DNA from: Hemiscyllium ocellatum | Taxonomy: Eukaryota | DNA length: 64,000 nucleotides | Direction: 5' to 3' | Assembly: GCF_020745735.1 (NCBI RefSeq) | Contig: NC_083427.1 | Coordinates: forward strand, 3,565,438-3,629,437 | Shown: piece by piece, positions 49,119 to 62,699 of the stretch | Position numbering within the stretch: the stretch's first letter is position 1 | Layout of the letters: each line of letters starts with the position of its first letter | Translations under genes and position numbers: made by a program | The notes under the pieces: generated by a model | The model's database searches: none | Told to the model about the DNA's origin: nothing | The model's input: the letters and a program-made list of their open reading frames with translations, nothing else

Positions 49119-50899
49119 AAGAAAATATGTATTTTCAATAGATACGTATGAAATACAGGACAGGGGGTCCTTTTATACTTAGAGGAAAAATACCTTCGTG
49201 AAGTTGCTGAGTATAGAAACACATGCCATGCATACACTTTGGCAGATGGGGAAAAGACATATAATCGCAGACAGGGTAGTGTCCCTGTATTATTTTCCAG
49301 TCTTGTAATTTTCATGTGATATTTCCTCAGATGGACTCCCAATAAAACTAATGACGTGAAGTTTTGATAATACTGTTCTACGAGTTTGCTGCTGAGGGTG
49401 CTGTTGAGCATTTCAAGTGTATTACATTTGCTTTTCTTCAGTGCAGAATATCCAGTATTATTGCATGTGGCGATCATTCATAGAACATCATACAGTTATA
49501 CAGCATGGAAATAGACCCTTCAGTCCACTCGTGCATGTATCCTAAACAGAACTGCACCAATTTTCCAGTTTGTTTCTCATATTCCTCTGAAATTTTACTA
49601 TTCATGCACCTGCCCAACTGTGTTTTAAATGTTAAATTTCCACCTACCTCTACCACTTCATTATGGACCAGAAAATCCACCCTTGACATACGTTAAGAAG
49701 CTAGTCAAGACCTTAACATTTGAATGTTTTGAAGGCAAGTACTCAGCGTTGCATTCTGGAAGTAATTTGATCGTCAAAACCACCAGTTGTGTATTATAGC
49801 AAAATATAACAGGGAAAAGATGAAGTTGATTAACTTAATTCTAAGGAAGACTTAATGGCATAATAGATGATATAACTACTGAACGATAACAGTTCCAATA
49901 AAGTAATATTTCATAAACTCACCCCTGTCAAAATGAAAATTCAGAAAAATCGTTTCTTTGAAAGACAATTCTCCTGTCTAGGAGGAGAAGCATCTGGAGA
50001 AAATAATAGGGAAATGTGTATTTCAGCTTGCATCCAGCTTCAAGATCTGGCAACTGCTTGCACTGAAAACCTAAAACTAAATATCTTGGTTGACTGGGAT
50101 ACAGCCCCAACCATTTGGGCTACTTCGATTGTTCATGTTTTCTTTAAAGAATTACCTAAGACCTCATAAGCTGTTTACTTTCTTGGCTTTCAATAGGTAG
50201 AAACACCCCTCGGTCTTAAAACCTCCCTTCAAAATAAAAGATGAAAATACGCATATAAAGCCATAACAACGTCACAAATTCCTCTGGCATTACATTCCAT
50301 CCATGCACCACCCTGCCTGTGTGAAGTTTATTCCTCGGGTCTCTTTCAATTCTTTCTCCTCTCATTTTCAAACCTCTAGTTTTAGAACTCCCTTACCCTC
50401 GGGCAAAGACCTTGGCTATTCACGTTATCTGCGCCCCTCATGATTTTATGTACACTGAAAAGGTCACCCTGCAGCCTCGCACAAACTTTCAGCCCAAATA
50501 AAAACCCTCGAACACAACCTTGTTCTGCCTTGTAACAAAGAGCCAATTTTGTGTCCGTGGGTGGCAGCAGAGAATATTATTATAACTGGAGGTCTGTGAT
50601 CAGATGAATTGCTGAAAGAAAGAACATGGTGGCGGAGGAATAGAAGCACAGTATGTAGGCTCCTCAGCCCTGAAGCCGGTTTCTTTTCTACTCCATTCTT
50701 CTTTATTTTTCTCTTTTTCTGTTTTTAATCCTTTTCAATTAGCATACACAGTATAGATGATAAGAAATTCATTATATCTTCATTTAAAAGATTCAGCTGA
50801 GAGTTTTTTCTCAGTGGTGGTTTCTTCTGGTCTTTCCCTGCATGTTGCACTTGGCCTGCAGCGTGGTCTCTGATGGAGCGCCATGTTGCGAAGGTGCTG

Positions 50900-51790
50900 G
50901 TGTTTGACGGAGGTGGACAAAGTTAAAAATCATATAACACCAGATTATAGTCCAACATATTTATTTGGAAGTATTAGGTTTTGAAGCACTGCTTCTTTGT
51001 CAGGTAGATGTGGAGCAGGATCATAACACACGCAATTTATAGCAAAACATGAAAGTATCATGCAACTGAAACGACATATTGATCATCCCAGATTGCTGTT
51101 AAGTCTTTCATCTTTTAGCATGAGTTGCAGGTTTACACTCATTAATATATAAATATCAGAACTTCTCAGTGACATCTCAACTCAGACACTGCATTAAAGT
51201 TGAGGTTAGAGTCTGTCTGTATCACGCATTCACAGTCACACGCACATAGTCTCAAACACTGTCTCGCTCATGCACTCACACACATGGGGTGAATTTGCAT
51301 TTGCAGAATTGCATTTGCAGACACGATTTATTTTGCTCAAAAAGCATACATTTTTTCAGGCAGTTAATGCAGGCAGTCACTCCATTTTATAAATTCGTAC
51401 TTCGGAAATAGAACCACTCAGACTCAAGATTGGGATAAAGAGAATGTGTGATTCTTAGCTTTCATGAAACTGATTGTCCCGGTTTGAATTCTCGACGGCG
51501 GTCTGACTCAATCATAATCTTCAGCAAATGCTTCCGACTTGATATTCCAATGTGTCGGCGTATTATTTTATCAATGGGTGGCAGACTTACCCAGTCCAGT
51601 GATCTGGCAGTCCGCGTAATTTTACGTGGGGTTCTTGGCAGTCTTTCTGTGGAGGCTTTCAGCCCCATGGAGCAGCGCCCCGACGTTTCAGTTTTCATCC
51701 CATCGTGTCACTCTCGTCGTGGATGTTGTTCTCATTTCGATTGGATCTGTTGTCTCTTGATAGGATTCCTTCAAGACCAGGAGCCCTTGA
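50900..51790 (-). mobile_element. Interspersed repeat, probably a Penelope-like remnant
   Basis: Degenerate hammerhead-like terminus on the minus strand near 50970-51005 (CCTGACAAAGAAGCAGTGCTTCAAAAC) and a decayed ORF at 51462-51698. Confidence 0.45.
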
Positions 51791-53664
51791 ATGGACTTTA
51801 ACGAACTTTGTCTTTTATTTACTTCTTGTAACTTATTACTTTATCACGATTTCTGTCATTAGTCAAGGCGCCATGGCAGGGCTACTTAAAGTACAAATGA
51901 GAAGAAACTCTAAATTCTAAATACGACTGAATTGTGCACAAATGTTATTTGTTCATCAGCTTGTATCCAGTTCAATGATCAAAGATATAATGCTTTCTCT
52001 GGACAGACGTGATGAAAGTGTGGCTAGTAGAACATTGTTAGATTTGAGAATATTTTGGGGACAGTAGTTATAATATCATTGTGATGTCCTCAGCTGTGGA
52101 TTTCTGAAATTCAACCTTTACAAAAAGTCTAATTGGATGGCTGACTTGAATACTCCGATCAGAAGAACACATTGGTTTCCCGCAATTCAGTGATCAAGAA
52201 GACCTCCAGTTTACCTAGAAACTATCCTCTTTCTGCGAGGCAAAGGTCAAGAATGTGGTTGAATACACTCGTATTTACTGCATGAATTCAGTTCCACCTA
52301 CTTGGGAGTTCGACACTATCAAAGGCAAATCTGACCAAAATCTACACAAACGCAAACAAAACTTATTGGACTGTAGCAAACGCATTTGTTATCTTCAAGA
52401 GTCACGACAGTCAGTGGTTTCACCGGTTTCATTAATTTCAACGTTGTCTGTTTTGGTTTTGCTCAGTCAGAGTCTGCTTCTGTCCCTTCAACTTTTCATG
52501 TTCCATCTTGAAGATTTTATCGTCCCGTTTTTATTGTTGTTTGAGAAAGTCGAGACATAATTCTATATTTTTGCAAAATATCATTTGTACAGTTAATTCA
52601 TCATTCATCGATAGAAAAAATGTTTCCCATAAGTCTGTTTCTTGCATGTTTCAAATTTCAAGTTTTGTCCAAATATTCACTCCAAGAGTGTGCAGTCTGA
52701 AGTTTATTAACAAGCTTTCGTTGGGACTTATGGTGAATCCTTCTCAAAATCTGTATAGGAAACATTGATAAACATTTGCTTATTTAAGAACCTCTTTAAA
52801 GAAGGAACTCGATTTGTTAGTCATAACGAATCATAGAGTCATGCAGCAGAGAAGCAGACCCTTCAATCTAACTATTCTATGTCAAGCATGATCCCAAGAT
52901 GAATTCGTCCCACCGACTTGCTCCTGACCCATATCTGACCAAACCTTTCCTCTTATCTTCTCAGCCAAATATCTTTCAATCATTGTAATTTTATCCACAT
53001 TCATCACATCCTCAGGAAGTTCATTCACTATGAGAATCTCACACCGTAAACAAAATCCTCATGTCTTTTTTTAAAGATCTCCTCTCAACTTTAAAAATGT
53101 ACCCCCTAGGATTGAATTCCCACATCTTTGAGTAACTCAACATTAACTCTACTTTTTCCCCTCATTACTTTGCAAACTTCCATTAGGTCGCCTCTCAACC
53201 TGCTGTGCTCAACTGAAGAGTCCCGGCCAATCCAGCCTTTCGTTCTAATTCACACCTTGCAAAGTCAGCAGCAACCTGGGCAAATCAAGGCAGATGCAAT
53301 ATAATTTGTTTCAATGTGAAGCTATTCAAATTGGAAGCAAAAAACAAGAAATACCATTACTACCCGAATGACTGTAAATTGGCAGAGTAAACTGTTCAGC
53401 AGGACCTGAGGCGGCACAGTGGCTTAGTGGTTAGCTTAGTTGTCTCATAGCCCCAGTGATCGAAATCCAGTATTCATGACTTTGAGGTGGAATCTCCTGG
53501 TAGCCAACGTAGAAGCAGGGAATTGCAGCTTTTCCCAAATGTCCCTCTGGTGCCATTCGAGACCAAAAATACTCGCTGGGTCTTCCATTATGAATGCCAG
53601 TCACCAATGCTCAATTGTAGGAAGGATGTTCTCAACTTGGAGACACCCACGTCTTATAATACCT

Positions 53665-53970
53665 TCACTGTAGAAACTGTCCATTAGGCCCCACAAGTCC
53701 AGACCAATTCTACAAAGAGCACGACTCACCCCCATGACTTATGCACTTATCCTATGCATCCCTGTCCACTATGGGCAATTTAACATGACCAAACCAACAA
53801 AATTACACGTCCTTGGAATGTGAGAGGAAATCTGAACACCTAGAGGGAACTCCCGGAGTCACGAGGAAAATGTGCAAAACCCACACAACCAGTCGCCAAG
53901 GCTGGAATTAAACGCTGTCCATTAGCACTCTGAGGCAGCTAAGCTGACTACTGAGCTACCGTGCCGCCCC
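53665..53970 (-). mobile_element. V-SINE/HE1-like SINE (reverse); an isolated plus-strand SINE head lies at ~53409-53470
   Basis: Reverse complement of GGGCGGCACGGTAGCTCAGT at 53950-53969 plus a degenerate core. Confidence 0.75.
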
Positions 53971-56089
53971 AGATTCCACTCTAAGTTGTCCTCTCTTAAT
54001 TTACAGTCATTCAGGTAGTAATGTTCCTTCTTGTTTTGCACTTCCAGAGTGAATAAGCTCTCATTTATCCAAACTATGCTGTGTCTGCCATTAATTTACA
54101 CTCTCACCCTGTCCAGATCATACTGGAGGATCGCTGCATACTCGTCACAGTTCAGCCTCCCACCGAAGTAGGTATCATTTTCATACTTTGTGTTGTTATA
54201 TTTTGTTCCCTCATCCAAATAATTAATATTTATTGTGAATAGTTGAGGTCATAGTACCGATCGCGGTGGCAACCTATTAGTTACTGCCTGACAATTTGAA
54301 AATGACCTATTAATTCCAAATCTTTGCTTCCTCTCTGCCAACGAGTTTACTCTGCATCTCGCCCAATCTCACGCTTAAAAAAAGACAAATAAATGTTTTC
54401 AAGCCATCACGTTCTTACAGAGTGTATCTCTGATAGGTAGGTTCTTGATTCGTAAGGGGTCCAGAGTTACAACAAGAGAATAGTGTTAAGACATGTAACA
54501 GCCATGATCAAATGGTGGAGCAAACTCAAATAGGCTGACGACCTTACTTAAGTCTTGCATGCTATGGTCTTAAGGCTGAAGATTGATTTGTTATGCATGC
54601 TCCTTTCCAGTATTGTGATTACACTCAGTTTGGGTTGTTAATTCTGCTCTAATGTTTCAAAAACTTTTTTTTACTACTTATTCCTCCACTTGACGGGCGC
54701 ACACAGAACCTAACATTAAGTCAGCTCACAAAAAAAACAATGCACAGAACGTTCACATCTTCTCCAAAATGCCCTTAAATGTCTCGCTTCTGAATCTACA
54801 GCCGCTCATTTTCCGTGGGTTCTTACTCCAACCATACCATTTTCATGGCTTGGCCAGGAATGCTTGGAATTCCTAATAATGTGGGAAATTTCATACAGAG
54901 GCTAATTTAAGATGCATTATTAAATTAGGACGCTTTTGTAGAATATTAAACAAGGAAAATATATCACAGGGATTATGTAATCATAATTAAAATGAACCAT
55001 TGAGATTATAACGTCGTTATTTTATATATATATTTTACACTTCAGTGCCTACAAGAATTAGCAGTGTTTATGAAGCTCTCGATTCAGCACGTGATGGGGG
55101 AAAAGTCCTGTGCAAATGCAAGTTATTTTGTATATTTAATGAATGTCATTACTGCACGCACACGTCTTCATTTCTTATATTCTGTAAGAGAACAAAATTA
55201 AACATTCTGAATAACAGTAGTCCGTGAAATACATCAATATTTCAAACGTTATTAGGTGTTTCAAATTAAAGATTTCAAACGCTTAAATATTCCGAAGTTA
55301 AATATGAACTGGAGTTCAGACAATCAATATTTGTGCTGTTCTCCACAACATGCAGGCAGATTCGTTCCAATGCCACATTTAACCAAACGTTATTGTATCA
55401 CAATGTAACTAAAAGACGGAACTAGCTCGTTTTCTAGTCATTTATTGCCATTACCTCCCTGCTCCCATATAATTAATAATGAACAAGAAAGAACTTGGAA
55501 TCACTGAATTCGATCGGGAAACTTTGCTAAATAGGAGATACAATAACTTCTCCTAATTATCTGTTCCAATATAAGCAAACCACTGGACACATCCCTGGCA
55601 AAAGGCAAATTCTTCAGAAAGCAGCTTTTGTCTCCCATGCAATGCAGCAGCTCAGGAAGAGAACCCCCAATCCGCACCTCCCATTCCCAAGCGTTAGGCT
55701 GTAATCGAGAGAGGGAGAAATAACTTTCACTACTTCAAGACCCCAATAGCAACTGTCGAAAGCTAAACTTAACATCTTGGATCTGTGTGTGAGAACTTGA
55801 ACATGCCCATTCAGGCTGCTTCCATTGCGCCAGCTTTTTTTAAAAATCAAAACAACGAAGACATCACAACTAGTTAATCTTCTCTTAGACTGCTTTGCAC
55901 CTGTCCACCAATCTTCCTCTCTGTTAAACAAACCAGAACAAAACACACCTTTTAAAGCCACAACAGCATCACACTTCATAATATCAGGGGGAAAACTTGC
56001 ATATTTCTGTCAGAAAATCACTGTCACAAACATTCTGATATTGAAAAGGAAGAGGTATTGAGCGTTTAAAAAAAAAACAAGACAGCTAA

Positions 56090-57850
56090 GTCCCCAGACC
56101 ATAATGGGACCTATTCCAAAATATTCTGCGAGGCAGGAGAACAAATTTCTGCAACATTGACAGACATCTTGTGTCCTCTTTGGCCACAGGTGATGTCCCA
56201 GAGGACTGGAGAATAGCCAACATAATCTGAATGTTTAAGAAGGGTAACAGGGATGATCCAAGAAAGCACAGGCCTGTCACCTACACATCAGTGGTAGGGA
56301 ACATATTGGAAAAGATTCTCAGGGACAAGATCTATGCGTATTTAGAAGTAAATAGATTTATGTACAGGGGAGGTCATACCTCAGTATCTTGATCAAGATT
56401 TTTTGAGAAGGTGACGCAGTTGATTGAAGAGGGAAAAGCGACTACTGTTGTCTATATGGACTTCAGTAAAACCTTTAAAAATGACCCTCGTGGCAGGCTT
56501 GTACAAAAGGTGAACTCACATGGTACCAGGGATATAGAATTGGCTCAGTAATGAGAAACAGAGGGTATTGGTACAAATATGCTTTTTGGAATAGAGGTTG
56601 TGTCAAGTGGTGTTCCAAAAGGATCAGTTCTGGGGCCTCTGCTCATTTGGAGCAAAACGTGGCTGGTCTGATTAGTAAGTTTGTGGATGATACAAAGACT
56701 GGGGGAGTTGTAGATATTGGGAATGATAGTCAGGGGGTACAGCAGGAATCACATCAGTTAGAGGCATCGGCAGAAACCTGGCAGATGGTATTTAACCCTG
56801 ATAAATGTGAGGTGGTGCATTTCGAAAGGTACAGTACGGCGGAAATTATACACGGAAAGATAGAACTCTTAGAAATATTGATTGACGGAGAGATCTGTGT
56901 GTGCAAGTGTACAGCTTGGCGGCACACTGGCTCAAAGGGACTGCATGGTGACTCAGCAGTTAGCATTGCTGGCTGACCAGCGCCAGGGACCCGGGTTCGA
57001 TTCCAGCCTCGGTCGACTGTCTGTATGGAGCTCGCACATTCGCCCTGGCTTCCCCAGGTGCTCCGGATTCCTCCAAAGATGTGAAAGGTAGGTGAATTGG
57101 CCAAACTAATTTGCCCACTGTGTTCAGCAGTCTGTGCATTAGTCGGGGTTAACGAGGTAATAGGTAGGAAAATGGGGTCCGGTTGCGTTAGTTTTCGGAG
57201 GCTTGGTGTGGACTTGTTGGGCTGAACGGCCTGTTTCCAGAGTGTAGAGATTCTATGAGGCCACTGAAGGTGACCGCACAGGCAGATAAGACAGTACCAA
57301 AGGCCTATGGCATGCTTGCCTTCATTGGAAGGGGCACTGGATATAAGAATAGGCAAGGTATGTTGCATTTTACAGAGCTTTAATTCGGCCACACATGGAA
57401 TATTGCTGACAGTTCTGGAAGAAAGATATGGTTGCTTTGGAGAGGGCACAGAAAAGGTTTACCAGGATGCTTCCTGGTATGGGGGATTTTAGACATGCAG
57501 AATGTCTGGATAGCTGGGTTCAATTTTCACTGGAACCCAGGAGGTTGACGGACGACCTGATAGAAGTTTATTAGATTGTGAATAACATGGTTAAATTGGA
57601 AAGCATAAGGCTTCTTCTCACTTTGGAAAGGTCAGTTGCTCTGGACCATAGTTTCAAGTTGAGAGAAAGGAATTTTGAAAGAGATGTCTGAGGCAATGAT
57701 TCCATACAAAGGGAGGTAAATGACTGGAATGCCCTGCCTATGGAGATGGAAGCAGACACAATAGTAGCATTCAAAAGTACCTCGATGCACGCATGAAGGG
57801 GAAGCGACTGGAGAGCTACAGATCCTGTAAGTGAAGATAGCATAGAAGGG
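56090..57850 (+). mobile_element. CR1 LINE ORF2 3' portion interrupted by a SINE
   Basis: TGDVPEDWRIANI, SGVPKGSVLGPL, ISKFVDDTKTGGVVD, AYGMLAFIG. A SINE is inserted at ~56915-57258. Confidence 0.9.
56915..57258 (+). mobile_element. V-SINE/HE1-like SINE nested in CR1
   Basis: CAGCGCCAGGGACCCGGGTTCGATTCC B-box region and same core. CR1 sequence resumes on both sides. Confidence 0.88.
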
Positions 57851-58174
57851 CAAAATATGTTGGCGCAGGATTGAAGGGCAGCTGGACCTGTTCTTGGGCA
57901 GTGTTATTCTTTATTCTTTTTTCTAAAATTCTTGACAGGACGCGACCAGCAATATTATTCCAGGCTTGGAAGTAAAATTGTAGCTTTTTGTCTTCTAAGG
58001 CACCAGCCGTCCACTTCTGTCAAAAACAATATCTGCAAAGAATGTGCTGTTGATTGACAACTGGGGTGTTTCTCTTGTCCAAATAATGTCAATTCATTGA
58101 GATGTGGATAACACAGTTGAGATGGAAATTATTGACCATTACAAGTTGCCCTTGAGAAGGTGGTCAGTCAAAGA

Positions 58175-59560
58175 ACAAAGAACAAAGAAAATTTACAGCC
58201 TAGGAACAGGCTGAGCCGATCCAAATCTACTCTTCAGACCTGTTGCCCAATTCCTAAGCATCTGGATCTGGTTTCTCCCCACCTGCTCATGCATCTGTCC
58301 AGATGCACCTTAAATGAATCTACAGTGCCTGCCTATACTACCTCTGCTGGCAACGCGTTCCAGGCACCCACCAACATCTGTGTAAAGTAGTTGCCGCATG
58401 TATCCCCCTTGAACGTTTCACCTCTTACCTTGTAAGCGTGACCTCTCGTTATTGAATCCTTCATTCTGGGAAAAAGCTTATCTCTATCTACCCTGTCTAC
58501 ATCCTTAATGATTTTGTAGACCTCAATCAGGTCTCCCTCAATGGCCTTTTTTTCTAATGGGAATAATCCTAACCTAATCTCTCTTCATAGCTAAAACCTT
58601 CCATACCAGGCAACATCCTCGTAAATCTTCTTTGCACCCTCTCCAAAGCGTCCACATCCTGTTGGTAATCTGGATACCAGAACAGTACACAGTATTTTAA
58701 ATGCGGCTGAACCAACGTCGTGTACGATTTTAACATGACTTGCCAGCTCTTATGCTCAATAGCCCGTCCGATGAAGGCAAGCATACCATATGCTTTCATG
58801 GCCACTCAATCCACCTGTGCAGCAACCTTCAGGATACAATGGACCCGCACTCCCAGATCTCTTTGCTCATCAACTTTTCCCAAGGCTCTCCCGTTCATTG
58901 TATATTTCGCTCTGGAATTAGACTTGCCAAAATGCTTCAGCTCACATTTGCCTGGATTGAACTCCATCTGCCACGTCCCTGCCCAACACTCCAGTCTATC
59001 TATAGTTTTCTGTATTCTTTGAAAGTCCCTTATGCTTTCTGCTACTCCACCAATCTTCGTGTCATCTACAAACTTGCTGATCATACCAACAGTGCCCTCT
59101 TCCAGATCATTTATGTATATCACAAACAGTAGCACCAACACCGATCTCTGTGGAAACCATTGGTGACCTTTCACAACTTCGAGAAACTCCCTTCAACGAC
59201 GACTCTGTCTCTTGTTGCTCAACCAGTTATTTATCCACCTGGTTAGAACACCTTGCACACCATGTGACTTCATTTTCGCTATTAGTTTGCCATGGGGAAC
59301 CTTATCAATCGCCTTGCTAAAGTCCATGCAACAACCCTTCCGTCATCTATCAACTTGGTCACTTCCTCAGTACATTCTCCAGCAACTTTCCTAACACTGA
59401 CGTCAGACTCATTGGTCTGTAGTTACCCGGAATATCCCCACTACTCTTCTTGTACAGGGGGACAAAATGAGCAACCCTCCAGTCGTCGTGCAGGGGGACA
59501 ACATGAGCAACATTCCAGTCTCCTTCAATACCTGTTTCTCCGGAAGGTCCAGAAATCAAA
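58175..59560 (-). mobile_element. CR1 LINE ORF2 3' portion
   Basis: PQRSVLVLLFVIYINDLEEGTVGMISKFVDDTKIGG..WQMEFNPGKC and MKAYGMLAFIGRAIEHKSWQVML..YTTLVQPHLKYC. Confidence 0.92.
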
Positions 59561-62500
59561 GGTGTCAGTCCAGTTTCGATTCACTTTTGGTGATATGGGA
59601 AAATGTTTGAAGGCTGTGGGAACTACAAAGACTGTGAGCGCTGACAACATCGTGACAGTGGTACTGAATACATATCATCCAAAACTTGCCGTGCCGCTAG
59701 CTAAGCTGTTCCAATATAACAGGAGCCTGGCACTCACTCGATTATGATGATAGTTGTCTCATTATGTCCTGTCTAACGCGACAAATTAACAGCAATCAGT
59801 ATAATCGTGATCATTAATAAAATGATAGAAAGGGCCCTCAGCAGTGCTAAACAGCAGTAGCTGCTTTACCATAAGTTTGCCTTCCGCCAGACCTTCTTAG
59901 CTTCTGGCATCAGTATAACCTCAACACAAACATTGACAAGTGAACTGAATTCCAGATGTTAACTAGAAGAGATAGTCCCTCAAGTCAAGGCTACACTTGA
60001 TCGAGTGTAGGATCAAGGAGCACTAGCGAAAGTAAGATCAATGGGAATCGACACTTATGTTTGATTGGCGTCACATTTAGTCGGAAGGAAGATAACTGTA
60101 GCAATTCGAGGTGAGATGGCTCAGCCCAAGGACATCTCTGGAGGAATTAGTTAGGGTAGTATTGAATACACAATTGTCTTCAACTGCTTCGTTAATCATC
60201 ACATTATCAGAAGTGAGGGCGTTTGATGATGACGACAATATATTCAACGCAATTCACTACTCCTTAGGGATGTGATTATTTATGTTTAGGAAAGAGTGGG
60301 CTTATCAGTGATAGGCGACATGGTTTTCTGCGGGGTGGGTCTTGCCTTACAAACTTAATAGAGTCCTTTGAGGAAGTGACCAAGTTGATTGATGAAGGGA
60401 AGGACGTTGCACGGACTTTAGTAAGGCTTTTGATAAGGTTCCCCATGGTAAACTAATAGCAAAAGTGAAGTCACATGGTGTGCAGGGTGTGAAGCTGTCT
60501 GTGGCCAAATGCAGCACGACTTAGAAAATTTCCAGATTGGGCTGAAAAATTAACAACTGCCATTATCACATTACATCGCCAGCCAATAAGCAGCAATAAA
60601 ATTTTTTAGCTTTTATCACCTGGTATCCAATGTCGTCACAATCATGGAATCCCCCATGCGACCATCTTAGGAGTTACGCTTAACCAGAAACTGAACTAGG
60701 TGAGTAATTTAAATATGCACTTGAGGTAAGGTTGTAATGATTTGACAAACAGAGAGCTGGAGTGCATGTTATTGTTAATTGCACTTTCGCTGAGAAGGTC
60801 CTTCAATTTTTAAATCGCTAACAACGGTGAGCTGGGATTTGTTTAATATGTTTCCTCTGCACTCGATGGACAGGATCCATTCGTGAAAATTTTCCTTTGC
60901 TGGAAGATGACAGCACTTACGTTACACTAGAAGAATTAAAATAAGGAAGTTGCCAGTTGTGGAACACATATGCTTGATATCTCTGCCTGAACATCGGAGA
61001 AAACAATCGCCTTTGCTTTGTCCATTGCTTCCAGACAATTCTTGTTCCCACACAGATATTTTAATATTCTGTCCCACACAATAGCATTCTCTGTAAGCTG
61101 TTCACAATCATCTGCTACAGGTTAGGGTCGAGAAGTCGAGTTTCACCCAAGCCCTTCTGCTTCACTTCATATCTCAATGTCTCAGCCATACATCTTCTCT
61201 CAAAGCTATTGGTCATTGACATCGAGGAAAGTAAGAGAGGAATTGAAAATCTGTTTGCTGGGCATCTTAGTTCTAGTTTTGTTTCCTGAAAAATACATGT
61301 TTAAACACTAAAGCTCACTGACTTATTTTGGTATTAAACGAAAATCAACTTCTTTCGACAGTCATGCAGGTGGGCAAGAGTCAGCTTTAGTAGAATTGCC
61401 GCAATGAAAGTTAAGAATTTGCATTTTTTTTACAGGTGCTTGAATTAATTGGCACTGCACAGCATTGAATTGAAATGTCGATGAATAATCAGCACAGCAA
61501 CTTGGTATTGTGCAGATACATGTCACAGTACACACAAACTTCATAAGTGGCTGATCTGGAGGGCAAAAGCTCCGAAATTGTTCAGTATTCTGTAGTCTCG
61601 AAGCTTGAGGATGTTGTACAAAGAGAAATGACATAAATCCTAAATAATTTTCTGTACTTAAAAACAAAGAAGATAAACCACAAACTAAGATCTGTTTTTT
61701 CTCTCTCAACGAAAGACTGGTCGTTGAACTTCTTAGATTGAAGTATATATCCATGTCATTAATTGCATTTTTCAGGCAACGAGATGTTTATGCTACATTG
61801 TTTCTTTCAAATATTAAAAAAACGTGAAACATGTCATAAATTAGGGGTGAACCCAATCTGCGTAAATCCGACACCGCACATATGATTAAAATAGATGCTT
61901 ATGATTAAGATTCTTCTCAAGCATGCAAAATTGGAATGTGTCTACTGAGATAAAGAGTAGACAGCAACTTACGAAACATGCAAATGATTGATATCACGGT
62001 TGATATCACCAAGAAGGTGCAGATGGTTAGAAACGGTTGATCACACATACATCTCTGTATGACTTGAAGGAAAGTTTATACCCCCACTATCTGGAACATG
62101 TTTCAAATTGACAATATTTGGAAATGGTTTATTTGAACGTTTCAAGAACATGAGATCTGGAATTTCACAGAGACCCATTACTGAAGTGGCTGGAAAGCAG
62201 GAAAAGAAGTTTAATAGAGCACATGGGACATTTGGTCTGGATTCTGGAGGCATGAAATAAAATCGCTGACGATCTTGTGCTAATCCATTTAAAATCATTG
62301 ATCAGTTCATGACAGAGGGAAAATAAGCTAGAAAAATGAACGATGACCGACTCTTGTAGAAAGACACGAATGTGCATAATATGTGTTAATGATAAGAGCT
62401 TGGGAAATGTCGAGGTGCAAAATATCTTGGATATCCTTGTCAATAAGTCACTGATAGCTAACATGCATTTGCACAAGCTATTTGAAAGGTAAATGGAATT

Positions 62501-62699
62501 TTAGCCGTTATCACAAGAAAAGAATTTTATTCCTGGAGTAGAAGAGTGTTGCTTCATTAAGCAGAGAAGTTTCCTTCGACAGCACCGACGGTATATATCT
62601 TTGAATCCTTATCACAGGAAAGCACAGTTTCCGTAAAGAGAGCATAATGAATGTTCAGCAGATTTGTTCCCAAATGGCGTGACTGGGCTTCTACAAAAC

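Noticed and set aside
50878-51875. GCGCCATG direct repeat (50878-50885 and 51868-51875) as a target-site duplication
   Set aside because: It does not sit exactly at the apparent element ends; an 8-mer match alone is insufficient.
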